A stretch of DNA of 64,000 nucleotides from an uncultured Acidobacteriota bacterium. GTDB lineage: Bacteria > Acidobacteriota > UBA6911 > RPQK01 > JAPXNP01. This document shows, piece by piece, positions 1 to 9,502 of the stretch. Each line of letters begins with the position of its first letter. Position 1 is the first letter of the stretch. The stretch lies in NCBI GenBank assembly GCA_963823995.1, contig CAWGNQ010000006.1, positions 173,610 to 237,609 of the forward strand, read 5' to 3'. Position numbers and translations under genes: made by a program. The notes under the pieces were generated by a model. That model was not told the DNA's origin. It made no database searches and saw nothing but the letters and a program-made list of their open reading frames with translations.

Positions 1-267
1 GCCTCCCGGCGAGCCCGCTTCGTCTGCAGTCTTTGTGCGATCCTGGATGAAAAGCAATCCGTCGAAGTCGAGGGCACCGTCGAAGGGCTGATCACGCCGT
101 TCCCTCGGGGTGACGAGGGCTTTGGTTACGATCCGATCTTTCTCTATGAGCCTCTCGGCCGGACGTTCGGCGAATTGTCCTCCGCCGCGAAGAACACCGT
201 ATCGCATCGTGCTGTCGCCCTGCAGAAGCTGAAAGCCCGACTGCGCGAACAACTGGGGCCCATTTAG
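1..267 (+). CDS. rdgB: dITP/XTP pyrophosphatase (RdgB/Ham1 family), C-terminal fragment; the 5' end lies outside the window
   Basis: In-frame from position 1 to TAG at 265-267. Contains the ...GFGYDPIF... motif and the C-terminal tail typical of non-canonical purine NTP pyrophosphatases. Confidence 0.7.
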   Translation, partial: ASRRARFVCSLCAILDEKQSVEVEGTVEGLITPFPRGDEGFGYDPIFLYEPLGRTFGELSSAAKNTVSHRAVALQKLKARLREQLGPI

Positions 268-300
268 ATCTCGCCCGACCGCGCGCTCCATTCGGCCACG

Positions 301-2388
301 TCACGGCGCATCGGCCTTCTGTCGCTCGTCGAGGGACAGCTGCCGTAGGAGTACTTCCGGGTTGGTCGTCGGTGCCTGGCAGGTGTACGACTGGCAGACG
401 TACGCCGTGGCCTTCCCCTGTTGGGGCGGGCGGTCTCGCAGCAGGGGAAGCGGCTCCTCGGCTGACAGATCCGAGGCGGATGCCAAGACGAGAACTTTGC
501 GCGGCAAGTAATGGTCCCGAAGTACCCGTGCGAGGGACTCCCTCTCCGACGGCTCTCCGACGATGACCACCTGCTGAACCGGTCCAACATGAAAGTCAGC
601 CGCACACAGCCAGTTACTGAATGCTTCGGGATAGCGAAGCAGAGCAGGCGCCATCCGTTCCACCATGCGATCCGCCATCTCCCGGAGGTGTTCCTCACCG
701 GTCAGTTCGGCAAGGACGAGAAGATTCCAAAGAGATGCGGAATTGCCGCTCGGCGTGGCGTTATCGAAATGCTCTCTGGGCCGAATCAGGAGCTCTTCGT
801 GATCCGTCGGAGTGAAGAAGAAATCGGCCGTCGAGTCGTCCCAGAACAGTTCCAACTGTGTCTGCGTCAGAGTCCGGGCCCGTTCGAGCCAGATGCGGTC
901 GCCCGTTGTCTGGAAGATCCTGAGCAGCCCCGCAGCCACATCGGCGTAGTCCTCGAGATAACCGTTCAGGCGGGCCTGGCCGTCTCGCCAGGTTCGCTTC
1001 AGTCGGCCGTCCTGAACCATTTCGTTCCAAAGAAATTCTGCCGATCGGAGAGCGACATTCAGATAGCGGGGTTCCTTCAATGCAAAGGCAGCCTCCGAGA
1101 AGGATTGAAGCATGAGGCCGTTCCATGAGGCGAGGATCTTGTCGTCCAGGCCGGGTCGAACCCGGCTCTCGCGCTCTGCCAGGAGCCTCCCGCGACATCG
1201 ATCGAGGACCCGGGTCAGTTCGTCGGCCGGAACTCCACGCTCCCGGGCCATTTCTTCGAGCTCACGGTTCTGGTGCAGGATGTTGGAGCCTTCCCAGTTT
1301 CCCGTCGCCGCGACGCCGTAATACTCATTGAAGAGGCCCGCTTGTTCGCTGCCGAGAATGCCTTCGACCTCGGCCGCGCTCCAGACATAGAATTTCCCCT
1401 CTTCCCCTTCACTGTCTGCATCTTCCGCCGTGTAGAAGCCACCCGACGCATGCGTCATCCGCCTGAGAACGTAATCGAGCGTCTCCCGTACGACCTGACG
1501 GTAGTGCTGGTTGCCGGTGACCTGATGGGCGGCGAGGTAGAGCCGGCTGAGCAGGGCATTGTCGTAGAGCATCTTCTCGAAGTGCGGGGCGAACCAGCGC
1601 TCATCAGTGGAATATCGATGAAAGCCCCCGCCGAGCTGATCGTAGATCCCACCGCGAGCCATCGCGTCGAGCGTTAGCGTCACCGCCTCCAGCGCTGAGC
1701 GATCGCCGGAACGGTAGTAGATACGCAGCAAGAACTCGAGCGACATGGCGGCGGGGAACTTGGGTGCTCCGCCGAAGCCACCATGTCTGGGGTCCAATCG
1801 CTGGATCAGGGTGCCGGCCGCAGACTCCAGGGAGGCTTCGTCGACGAGCCGGGTCCCACCGGTTCCGAGATAGCTGGTTTGCTCGAGCGCAGCAGCGATC
1901 TTGGATCGATCGGCGTCGATTTCATCGCGGCGATTCCGGTAGAAGTCGGAGACGCCCTGCAGGACCTTCGGAAAGCCGGGACGTCCCGGCAGGTCGTGGG
2001 GCGGAAAGTAGGTACCACCAAAAAAGGGGACGAGCCGGGGCGTCAGGAAGACGGTCAGAGGCCAGCCTCCCTGGCCCGTGCTCGCCTGGACATAACCCAT
2101 GTAGATGGAGTCGAGGTCGGGCCGTTCCTCGCGATCCACTTTGATGTTCACGAAACCCTTGTTCATGCGGGCAGCGATCTCATCGTCTTCGAACGACTCC
2201 CGCTCCATGACGTGGCACCAGTGACAGCTCGAATAGCCGATGCTGAGGAGGATCGGCTTGTCCTTGGTGCGCGCGCGCTCGAGGGCTTCATCGCCCCATG
2301 GAAACCAGTCCACAGGATTATGCGCATGCTGGCGCAGGTAAGGGCTGGACTCATGAATCAGACGGTTCGACGGGCGGGGGGACATGGA
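301..2388 (-). CDS. Thioredoxin-domain protein, YyaL/DUF255 family (N-acylglucosamine 2-epimerase-like C-terminal domain)
   Basis: ORF 301..2439. N-terminus ...[52 protein letters not shown]... is diagnostic of DUF255. I placed the start at MSPRPSNRL (internal Met) by family alignment. Confidence 0.8.
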   Translation of the reverse strand, partial: SMSPRPSNRLIHESSPYLRQHAHNPVDWFPWGDEALERARTKDKPILLSIGYSSCHWCHVMERESFEDDEIAARMNKGFVNIKVDREERPDLDSIYMGYVQASTGQGGWPLTVFLTPRLVPFFGGTYFPPHDLPGRPGFPKVLQGVSDFYRNRRDEIDADRSKIAAALEQTSYLGTGGTRLVDEASLESAAGTLIQRLDPRHGGFGGAPKFPAAMSLEFLLRIYYRSGDRSALEAVTLTLDAMARGGIYDQLGGGFHRYSTDERWFAPHFEKMLYDNALLSRLYLAAHQVTGNQHYRQVVRETLDYVLRRMTHASGGFYTAEDADSEGEEGKFYVWSAAEVEGILGSEQAGLFNEYYGVAATGNWEGSNILHQNRELEEMARERGVPADELTRVLDRCRGRLLAERESRVRPGLDDKILASWNGLMLQSFSEAAFALKEPRYLNVALRSAEFLWNEMVQDGRLKRTWRDGQARLNGYLEDYADVAAGLLRIFQTTGDRIWLERARTLTQTQLELFWDDSTADFFFTPTDHEELLIRPREHFDNATPSGNSASLWNLLVLAELTGEEHLREMADRMVERMAPALLRYPEAFSNWLCAADFHVGPVQQVVIVGEPSERESLARVLRDHYLPRKVLVLASASDLSAEEPLPLLRDRPPQQGKATAYVCQSYTCQAPTTNPEVLLRQLSLDERQKADAP

Positions 2389-2574
2389 TGCATTGTAGCA
2401 GACCGTTTTTGGCGCTTTCGGGCTCTCCGCTTTGGGCATTGGGATCCTGCGATGAAACGGATGCCGTCCCCTTGTCCAAAGGGCGCTCCCGGGCCGGCTC
2501 TTTGCATTGCATCGGACGCCACGCCACGCGATCCATCGCGAGAGCTCGTCGAAGAACCGGCGCTGTCCCCGAGC

Positions 2575-3906
2575 TCAGGTGACGTGGATTTCTCGGCGGT
2601 TCGAGAGGCGGTAGGCGCCTTCGACGAGGCCTGCGCCCCCAACCAGTCCGGCGACCACCCAGAGGTGACCCGGGTGGTCGGACAGGACCTGGAACAGGAG
2701 CGCAACCAGCGCCGCCAGACACGCCAGTACGCCCAGTCCTGAGAGCCAGCGACGGCTCCCGGTTTTCTTCGCCAGCGACCAGTTGGCGGCATTCACGGCC
2801 CCGAAGATGATGAGGAAACCGGTACTCCCGAGCGTCGAGATCGAGGAGAGGTTGGCAAGGTTGGCCAACAGCAATGATAGCGCCACCGTAATCAGGAGTC
2901 CCTCGATGTGGCGGTTCCAGACCTTTTTCTCGAGGAAGGCCGGTAGCTCGCCCTCCTTGGCGATCGTGAAGCTGAGGCGGGCCGAGCCGTAAAGGGTGGC
3001 ATTGATGGCCGAGAACGTCGAGAGCAACGCGGCGACGGCGATCAGCCGAAAACCGAATTCACCGAGAAAGGGCCGCGCGGCTGCTGCCAGCGCGTAGTCT
3101 TCTGCGCCGGCGATCTGGCTCAGGCTCAGGTTGCCCACGGTAACCATCGAAACGAGGACGTAAAGGATGATGACGAACCCCACCGCGCTGAAGTAGGCGC
3201 GGGGCAGGACCCGTTTGAAATTCCGGACATCTTGCGCCGTGTTGGCGATGAGTTCGAAGCCCTCATAGGCGACGAAGATGATCATCCCGCCTGCCAGGAG
3301 GTGCAGCGGCGGAGCCCAGGTCGGCGGAGCCAGTCGACCCGATTCGATGCCGAAGCAGCCGACACCGATGAAGAGCAGGAGGAGTGAGACCTTCGCGATC
3401 ACGACGTACGTTTCGGCCCGCCCAATGATCTCGGCGCTCAGGAGATTGAGCGAGGCTGGGAGCAGGATGGCCGCGCTGATCATGAGGTTCTGTCCCCAGG
3501 TCTGCCAGCTCTGAGGGAGGAAAGTTGCGCCGTACCCTCCGAATGCGTACGCGTAGAGTGCCACCATTACGATGTAGCTCAGCCAGAGAAGAGTATTGAG
3601 GCTGCCGGTAAAGAAATTTCCTCCGAAAGCCTGATCGAGGAAAACGACGGTGCCGCCCTGGCTCGGGTAGGTTACAGATAATCGGGCATAAGAATAGGTC
3701 GTCAGGAGGGCCACTCCGCCGGCAACCAGAAAGGCTACGGGAGTGCCCCCTCCGGCGAGCGCGACCGCGAGGCCGAGGACAGCGAAAATCCCTCCGCCGA
3801 CCATTCCTCCCACTCCGATCGCCGTCGTGGCGAGGAAGCCGATCTTTCCCTCAGCATCGCTCGTCTGTCCGCTCCAGGCGGGCCCGGCCTTCGTCTTTGC
3901 GGTCAA
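2575..3906 (-). CDS. Amino acid permease (APC superfamily)
   Basis: 443 aa with 12 predicted TM helices and the N-terminal G-rich motif (IGVGGMVGGGIFAVLG) typical of APC transporters. Confidence 0.8.
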   Translation of the reverse strand: MTAKTKAGPAWSGQTSDAEGKIGFLATTAIGVGGMVGGGIFAVLGLAVALAGGGTPVAFLVAGGVALLTTYSYARLSVTYPSQGGTVVFLDQAFGGNFFTGSLNTLLWLSYIVMVALYAYAFGGYGATFLPQSWQTWGQNLMISAAILLPASLNLLSAEIIGRAETYVVIAKVSLLLLFIGVGCFGIESGRLAPPTWAPPLHLLAGGMIIFVAYEGFELIANTAQDVRNFKRVLPRAYFSAVGFVIILYVLVSMVTVGNLSLSQIAGAEDYALAAAARPFLGEFGFRLIAVAALLSTFSAINATLYGSARLSFTIAKEGELPAFLEKKVWNRHIEGLLITVALSLLLANLANLSSISTLGSTGFLIIFGAVNAANWSLAKKTGSRRWLSGLGVLACLAALVALLFQVLSDHPGHLWVVAGLVGGAGLVEGAYRLSNRREIHVT

Positions 3907-3977
3907 CTCTCACGCTCCCCTCTGATTTCGGCCTTTCAAGGAGTGCACCCCTCACTTGGAGTTCACTCTCTTGTCGA

Positions 3978-4796
3978 CTAGAAGCCCACACTCGCCCCCC
4001 CATCGACCGGCAGGCAGGCTGCCGTGATGTAGCGGCCGGCGGGTGAACAAAGAAAGACGACGGCCCAGCCAACATCCTCCGGTTCTCCGAAACAGCCCAG
4101 CATTGTGCGGGAGAGAACCCTCTCCCTGCGTCCCGGGTCTCCCTCCATCGATTGGTCGAGCATCCTGCTCTGGATCCACCCTGGCGCCACCGCATTGAAG
4201 CGGACTCCGCTCCGGGAGTATTCGGCGGCCAGAGAGCGGACCATTCCGAGGACGCCGGTTTTGGCGGTGCTGTAGGTCAGTACCAACGGCAATCCCAGGA
4301 AGGAAGCCATAGAGGCGATGAAGACGACCGAACCGTTCCGGGCGGCGATCATATCGGGCAGGCAGGCCCGGGTCAGGGAAAAAGCCCCGGTAAGGTGAAC
4401 ATCGATCACTTGCTGAAGTTCACGTTCCGAGGTTTCGAGTGCCGGTTTTTTCAGGTGGACGCCTGCATTGTTGACCAGCATGCTGACGGGTCCCACCTGC
4501 TCGCGAATGCGCGTGATCAGTCCGTCAGCGGCATCGAAGTCCGTTACATCGTGGACGAAACAGAAGGCCCGCTTTCCAAGCGAATCCACGGCCGTACGGA
4601 GGATGCTTTCGCGCCGTCCGATCAAAACGACTCGGGCTCCGGCGGACCAGAGACATCGGGCGATCCCCCACCCGATGCCGGTTCCGCCGCCGGAGACCAA
4701 GGCCACACGCCCGGCGAGATCGAACGCATCTCCAAGGTGCGGTGTGTCTCGAGAGGAATCTCCGCTCGATCGCCCGGGCTTCGGTTCTTGGGTCAT
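3978..4796 (-). CDS. SDR-family oxidoreductase (short-chain dehydrogenase, gluconate 5-dehydrogenase-like)
   Basis: Rossmann motif VSGGGTGIGWGIA, NNAG motif and YxxxK catalytic region (YSTAKTG). Confidence 0.8.
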   Translation of the reverse strand: MTQEPKPGRSSGDSSRDTPHLGDAFDLAGRVALVSGGGTGIGWGIARCLWSAGARVVLIGRRESILRTAVDSLGKRAFCFVHDVTDFDAADGLITRIREQVGPVSMLVNNAGVHLKKPALETSERELQQVIDVHLTGAFSLTRACLPDMIAARNGSVVFIASMASFLGLPLVLTYSTAKTGVLGMVRSLAAEYSRSGVRFNAVAPGWIQSRMLDQSMEGDPGRRERVLSRTMLGCFGEPEDVGWAVVFLCSPAGRYITAACLPVDGGASVGF

Positions 4797-4881
4797 CGAT
4801 ACTCCCTGACTGCTTTACCTTAGCGTACCGGATGCGCACGGCAATTCCTATCCAGGAAGGGTTTCGAATGAGACGGTGAGT

Positions 4882-5008
4882 AGTCCGGGCATTTTGCCCG
4901 GAACGATTCAGCGGGCTTTCAGCCTATCGAGGCCCGACTCCGGGCCTGATTACAAACAGAGCCATAGCACGGCCTGCTCACCGGACGTTCCGGGCAGAAT
5001 GCCCGGAC
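4882..5008. repeat. About 127-bp element bounded by 24-bp inverted repeats, each arm itself a hairpin
   Basis: AGTCCGGGCATTTTGCCCGGAACG at 4882-4905 is the reverse complement of CGTTCCGGGCAGAATGCCCGGACT at 4985-5008 (1 mismatch). An internal palindrome GGCCCGACTCCGGGCC lies near 4929-4944. Confidence 0.45.
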
Positions 5009-5237
5009 TGCTCTCAGTCTCAGGATGTGCGGAAGATATTCGAGGGTTCTGAATGGGTTGCCAGACCCCCACCGTTCATTCCACATACAGGGATCCGACG
5101 GGAGTCGGAGCTTCCGGCTGGAGGCCTGGCAGACAGGTGTAAAGCGTTCGTCCTTGGGCACCTGAATTCTGCACACTGGTTGAGATTCGTAAGTATTGCA
5201 TGATCGTTTCCCGAAACGGACGAAATCGCCGGTTTGC

Positions 5238-5360
5238 TCAGATCACGTGGGGTCGATCGTCATCGTGCCTGCGGCCCACGAATGAACGGGTCATCGCTAC
5301 GATTGCAGCAAGACCAACAATCGAACCGGCCAGCGTCAGCAACAGCATTCCATCGCTCAT
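5238..5360 (-). CDS. Hypothetical 40-aa hydrophobic peptide (MSDGMLLLTLAGSIVGLAAIVAMTRSFVGRRHDDDRPHVI)
   Basis: Below the ORF-track size cut-off. AAAGGAGA Shine-Dalgarno about 10 nt upstream of ATG at 5360. One TM helix followed by a charged tail. GC3 about 65%. Confidence 0.3.
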   Translation of the reverse strand: MSDGMLLLTLAGSIVGLAAIVAMTRSFVGRRHDDDRPHVI

Positions 5361-5543
5361 GATGAGTATGTCTCCTTTCTCGTGTAGTCGAACACCTTCC
5401 TATACAAGCAATGCAGGTGCCAATGCGCGGAAAGCCCTGCCGATAAGCGTATTTCCGGGTCAAAACGTCGTGGATCGCTGAGCGTACGCCGTTCCTGCAG
5501 CACCGCAGAGTGGCTTATTGAGTTGGAGCGGCAAGGTCGGAGT

Positions 5544-5577
5544 GTGGCAATGTTGCCGAACGGTGCAAATCTGCCAC
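5544..5577. promoter_or_regulatory. Nested palindrome GTGGCAATGTTGCC...TGCCAC about 190 bp upstream of the small peptide ORF
   Basis: GGCAATGTTGCC is a 12-bp perfect palindrome. The outer GTGGCA / TGCCAC arms are also complementary. Confidence 0.2.
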
Positions 5578-5755
5578 AGGAACCGGTGGATGCGACCCTC
5601 GAACAGTGGATTGAGTCGCCAGGTCTCCGTCGAGGCTTCCAGCATCCACTCCCATTACCTTGACATCGCTGAATCGGGAAGAAATTCCTCGAAGCCCAGG
5701 CGCCGCCTGACCGATCGACTCTGCTCGCAGAGGGAGGGGTCAGGGCCGAGCAGGA

Positions 5756-6382
5756 TCAGGGGAGAAGTTGCCGGCGTCTCAGTGCCTGTCGGACTCCCTC
5801 CACGCCGGCCACGACCTCAGCTTGGAATCCGGCGGTTCTTGCGCTTTCGACGCACTCGGAGTTGTCGTCGAAGAAGAGGATTCGGTCGGCCGGACGTTTC
5901 AGATCGCTCAGGACGAACTCGAAGATCTCACGATCCGGTTTGGCGGCCCCGATCTCATGTGACAGGTAGCAGCGTTCGAAGAACGTGCTCAGGCCTCGCG
6001 CATCCCGGATTCGCGGCCAGGCGAGAGCATTGTTGTTGCTCAGACAGGCCAGCCGGAATCGCGGGCGGAGCTCGGCCAGGAGTTTCGGCGTCTCCGGGAA
6101 CGGTCCGCGGTCCCATTCGGCGAAGCGGGCGAGGAAATCGGAAGGTGTCATCTCCAGGTCGAGTTCGGCGATCGCGTCGGCGGCAAATTCGACCTCGCTG
6201 ATTTCTCCCCTCTCAAATCTTCGGACTGCGGGTGAGTCGAGCCAGAACTTGCGCGCTTCTTCCTTCGAAAGGCGGGCTCCGGTGAGTTCACGGAGGGATC
6301 CGACCCCATCCCAGTGGACGAGCACACCGCCCAGGTCGAACAGAAGGATCTCAACGGAATCTGCGAATGTCCGATGGCTCAA
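5756..6382 (-). CDS. HAD-IA family hydrolase (YihX-like phosphatase)
   Basis: Motif I LLFDLGGVL, motif II LSNN, C-terminal FFDD motif. I chose the TTG start at 6382 because it has AAGGAG 7 nt upstream; the ORF-track ATG at 6430 has no SD. Confidence 0.7.
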   Translation of the reverse strand: MSHRTFADSVEILLFDLGGVLVHWDGVGSLRELTGARLSKEEARKFWLDSPAVRRFERGEISEVEFAADAIAELDLEMTPSDFLARFAEWDRGPFPETPKLLAELRPRFRLACLSNNNALAWPRIRDARGLSTFFERCYLSHEIGAAKPDREIFEFVLSDLKRPADRILFFDDNSECVESARTAGFQAEVVAGVEGVRQALRRRQLLP

Positions 6383-6474
6383 GAGGCATCTCCTTGAGGG
6401 ATTTAGTAGAATCCGACCCACAGTGTACACGTTCGCCTTCGGCGAGGCGAAGGAACGAGGAGCGGACCGATGTC

Positions 6475-8745
6475 ATGAATCTGCAGCGCGGCGATCGTGT
6501 CTCGCATTATGAGCTGATCGATGAACTGGGTGTAGGCGGTATGGGTATCGTCTATCTGGCCCGCGACAGCCGACTCGACCGACGGGTCGCCCTGAAGTTC
6601 CTTCCGCCCGGCATGAACGTCGGTGACGAGACGACGGAGCGGTTCATCGCAGAGGCCAGACTGACCTCTGCACTCGATCACCCGAATATCTGCACGATTT
6701 ACGATATCGACTCGACGTCCGAGGGACAAACCTTCATCGTCATGGCCTACTATGAGGGCGAGACCCTTCGACAGCGCGTTGACAAGGGTGCCCTTTCGGT
6801 TCGTGAGGCAACCGGCCTGGCGATCCAGCTCTGCGAGGGGCTGGCCAAGGCACACCGCTGCGGAGTCGTCCACAGAGACATCAAGCCGGACAATCTGATC
6901 CTCACCGGGGACGGCGTCCTGAAGATCGTCGATTTCGGAATCGCCAAGCTGCTCGGCAGCAAGGGTCAAACGCAGCCGGGTCTCGTAGTCGGAACCCCCG
7001 CCTACATGGCACCCGAGCAGATCCAGGGCGCAGACGTGGACCAGCGTGCAGACATCTGGTCGGCTGGGGTCGCGCTCTTCTACATGCTCTGTGCCCAACT
7101 ACCGTTTCAGGGGGATTCCGATCTCAGTCTGATGTATTCGATCGTCCACGAGCCACCTCGAAAGATCCGGGATGTGCGTGGGGAAGTCCCGGAATTTCTC
7201 GATCAGGTTCTGGACCGGGCGCTGGCCAAGGACCCGGGTTCGCGTTATCCCTCGGCCGAAGACATGTTGGCCGGTCTCAGGTCGAGCCAGGGGACCGGCG
7301 AGTCTTCGGCGATCCGGGAGCCGGCATTCGAGTCGGCTGATCCCTCGATCGCGTCGCTCGCGGTGATGACGTTCCGGGACCTGAGCCCTGAACGTGATCA
7401 GGCGTCGCTCTGCGAAGGACTGGCGGAAGCCATCATCGCGGACTTGGGGCGCCTCGAAGGACTCAGGGTCATCTCGCCGACTTCGAGTTTCCGTCTCTCC
7501 GCCGAGGAAGCGACGCTTGCCACCATCGGCGAGAAACTCGACGTGCAGGCGGTTCTCGAGGGCAGCCTTCAGCGCAGCGGAAGCCGTCTGCGCGTACTCA
7601 TCCGTCTCGTCCGGGTCCAAACCGGAGAGATTCTCTGGACGCATGACTTTCGTGCCGAACTGTACGATATCTTCGAGATCCAGGACCAGATTTCCCGAAG
7701 CGTGGCCGAGGCCTTCGAGGTTCAGCTGGGTCGAACCCGGCCGCCGCAGGCCATGACGAAACCCAGGACCGCTCAGGTCGCTGCTTATTCCGCCTATCTT
7801 CGGGGGCGCTATTTCTGGAACCGGCGCAGCGTCGATGCCATCAAGCGGGGCATCGAGTCGTTTACGGAGGCCATCGACATCGACCCGAGGTTCGCTCCGG
7901 CTCTCGCTGGTCTGGCAGATTCCTACGCCATTCTCGGCATCTACGGAGCGTACCCTCCCAAAGAAGTGATGTCGAGAGCCAAGGATACGGCCCTGCGAGC
8001 TCTGGAAGCCGACGACACGGTTGCGGAAACACAGGTCTCCCTGGGGTGCGTCGAGTCCGTCTTCGAATGGAACTGGACAGCAGGCGAGCAGCGATTCCTG
8101 CGAGCGATCGAGCTCAACCCGAACTACGCCGCCGCCTATCACCGCTATGCCGTCGACAACCTGATTCCGCGGGGTAGGCTGGACGAGGCAATTGATCGGA
8201 CGCGTTTTGCCCTTGATTTGGACCCGGTGTCTCCGGCAATATCGACGTCAGTTGGGCTTCCATACTATTTCTCCGGCGATTTCGGAGCAGCGATCGGTCA
8301 CTTTCATGATGCCCTGGAAATAGACGGCGGGTTTGCACTCGCCCACGCGTTCCTGGGGCGGGCCTGTGTTCAGGCCGGCAGTGTCGACGAAGGAATGGAG
8401 CACCTCGAGACGGCCGTGAGACTCTACGATGGGAACACGAACATGCTCGCCATGTACGGATGTGCGGCGGCGGCTGCGGGCCGAGGTGATGTGGCCCGCG
8501 ACGTCAAGGAGCGTCTCGACAAGATCGGCCGGGACCGATATGTTTCGGCCTACGACGTCGCCAGTCTCGAGGCGGCATTGGGAAAATCGGACCAGTCGAT
8601 CGCAGCCTTGCGGTCTGCCGTGGAAGAACGATCCTGTCTGCTCATCTACCTCGCCTGTGATCCCACTTTCAGCGGGTTGAGAAGTTGTCCCGAGGTTTTG
8701 GCACTGCTCGCACAGGTACAGGGGGAGCACGACCATGTCACATGA
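6475..8745 (+). CDS. Ser/Thr protein kinase with TolB-N-like domain and C-terminal TPR repeats
   Basis: Hanks kinase motifs GVGGMGIVY, VALK, HRDIKPDN, DFG, APE. A TolB-like domain (ASLAVMTFRDLS...) and TPR repeats follow. Start taken at MNLQRGDRVSHYELIDELG. Confidence 0.85.
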   Translation: MNLQRGDRVSHYELIDELGVGGMGIVYLARDSRLDRRVALKFLPPGMNVGDETTERFIAEARLTSALDHPNICTIYDIDSTSEGQTFIVMAYYEGETLRQRVDKGALSVREATGLAIQLCEGLAKAHRCGVVHRDIKPDNLILTGDGVLKIVDFGIAKLLGSKGQTQPGLVVGTPAYMAPEQIQGADVDQRADIWSAGVALFYMLCAQLPFQGDSDLSLMYSIVHEPPRKIRDVRGEVPEFLDQVLDRALAKDPGSRYPSAEDMLAGLRSSQGTGESSAIREPAFESADPSIASLAVMTFRDLSPERDQASLCEGLAEAIIADLGRLEGLRVISPTSSFRLSAEEATLATIGEKLDVQAVLEGSLQRSGSRLRVLIRLVRVQTGEILWTHDFRAELYDIFEIQDQISRSVAEAFEVQLGRTRPPQAMTKPRTAQVAAYSAYLRGRYFWNRRSVDAIKRGIESFTEAIDIDPRFAPALAGLADSYAILGIYGAYPPKEVMSRAKDTALRALEADDTVAETQVSLGCVESVFEWNWTAGEQRFLRAIELNPNYAAAYHRYAVDNLIPRGRLDEAIDRTRFALDLDPVSPAISTSVGLPYYFSGDFGAAIGHFHDALEIDGGFALAHAFLGRACVQAGSVDEGMEHLETAVRLYDGNTNMLAMYGCAAAAAGRGDVARDVKERLDKIGRDRYVSAYDVASLEAALGKSDQSIAALRSAVEERSCLLIYLACDPTFSGLRSCPEVLALLAQVQGEHDHVT

Positions 8746-9502
8746 ACCGGCAGGCACCCGGACAGGGAAACGCGGCCGCGAGCCCGTCCTCCACGTCAAA
8801 GTCGAACGCGACGGTGTGGAGAGTTGCGATTTCACCTTTCGCCGGTCGTTTCGCATCGGTCGTGACGACGACTGCGAAATCCAGATACAGAGCCCCGGAA
8901 TCAGTCGGCGGCATGCCGAGGTCCAGTTGGAGGGAGGGTGCTGGCGCCTCAAAGACCTCGACAGTGCCAACGGCGTCTACTTTCAGGGGCGTCGGGTCAG
9001 CGATGTTCCACTGGAGGGCGTCGTGGCCGCCGAGCTGGGACTGAGGGATGCGGTTTTGACCTTCGCGGTGGTTGGGACGGAGCCGCCCGCTCCGGGTGAC
9101 GGTGCCACTGTCGTCGAGAGGCCGCCTTCCGTGACCGAGTATGTCCAGCGTTATTTCGACGGCAAGGCCGTGGGCCCCATGGGGCAGCGTACGAGGATGA
9201 TCCGGGAGGCCTTTAAGGTGGTCGACAGGAAGAAACGACTTCGCTACGGCGCCGCAATCCTCGGCATTCTCGCCGTCACAGCTTCGATCAGTATCTACAC
9301 CTACGTCCAGCACGAGGAGCTCCAGCGCCAGAAGAAGATCGCCGAGGAGATCTTCTACAATATGAAGTCCCTCGAGCTCGAAGATCTCCCGTCTGCAGGC
9401 ACGCGTGGAAGAGACCGGCGATCAGCAGTCACAGGAAGAGCTGTCCGGCTATCGGCGGCAGCAGGACGCGATGGTCCGCAATTACGACCGTTTCCTCGAT
9501 GA
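8735..9502 (+). CDS. FHA domain-containing membrane protein (N-terminal part; reading frame apparently disrupted near 9383)
   Basis: FHA core FRIGRDDDCEIQIQSPGISRRHAEVQLEGGCWRLKDLDSANGVYFQG. A TM helix and the start of a coiled coil follow. After about 9383 the frame turns into an Arg/Ala-rich tail typical of off-frame GC-rich sequence. The start overlaps the kinase stop, consistent with translational coupling. Confidence 0.6.
   Translation: MSHEPAGTRTGKRGREPVLHVKVERDGVESCDFTFRRSFRIGRDDDCEIQIQSPGISRRHAEVQLEGGCWRLKDLDSANGVYFQGRRVSDVPLEGVVAAELGLRDAVLTFAVVGTEPPAPGDGATVVERPPSVTEYVQRYFDGKAVGPMGQRTRMIREAFKVVDRKKRLRYGAAILGILAVTASISIYTYVQHEELQRQKKIAEEIFYNMKSLELEDLPSAGTRGRDRRSAVTGRAVRLSAAAGRDGPQLRPFPR

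Noticed and set aside
1783-2742. Long plus-strand ORFs antisense to annotated genes. Examples: 1783..2742, 7099..8142, 11386..12453, 15615..17264, 19542..20936, 21353..22537, 22828..23919, 36053..37723, 39012..40244, 45666..46439, 46995..47792, 51642..52739, 54023..54820, 55761..56882, 57518..58165, 58175..59032, 62652..63338.
   Set aside because: Each overlaps, on the opposite strand, a gene with clear family-level motifs. The translations are Arg/Gly/Pro/Ala-rich low-complexity sequences typical of spurious ORFs in high-GC DNA, and they lack SD sequences.
5544-5577. TGGCA...TTGC sequences resembling sigma-54 -24/-12 elements
   Set aside because: Wrong spacing (5 nt instead of 8). I reported them as a palindrome instead.
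5518-6201. 227-aa plus-strand ORF
   Set aside because: Extremely Arg-rich (RRRRGFGRP...). It is antisense to the HAD hydrolase gene and is not credible.
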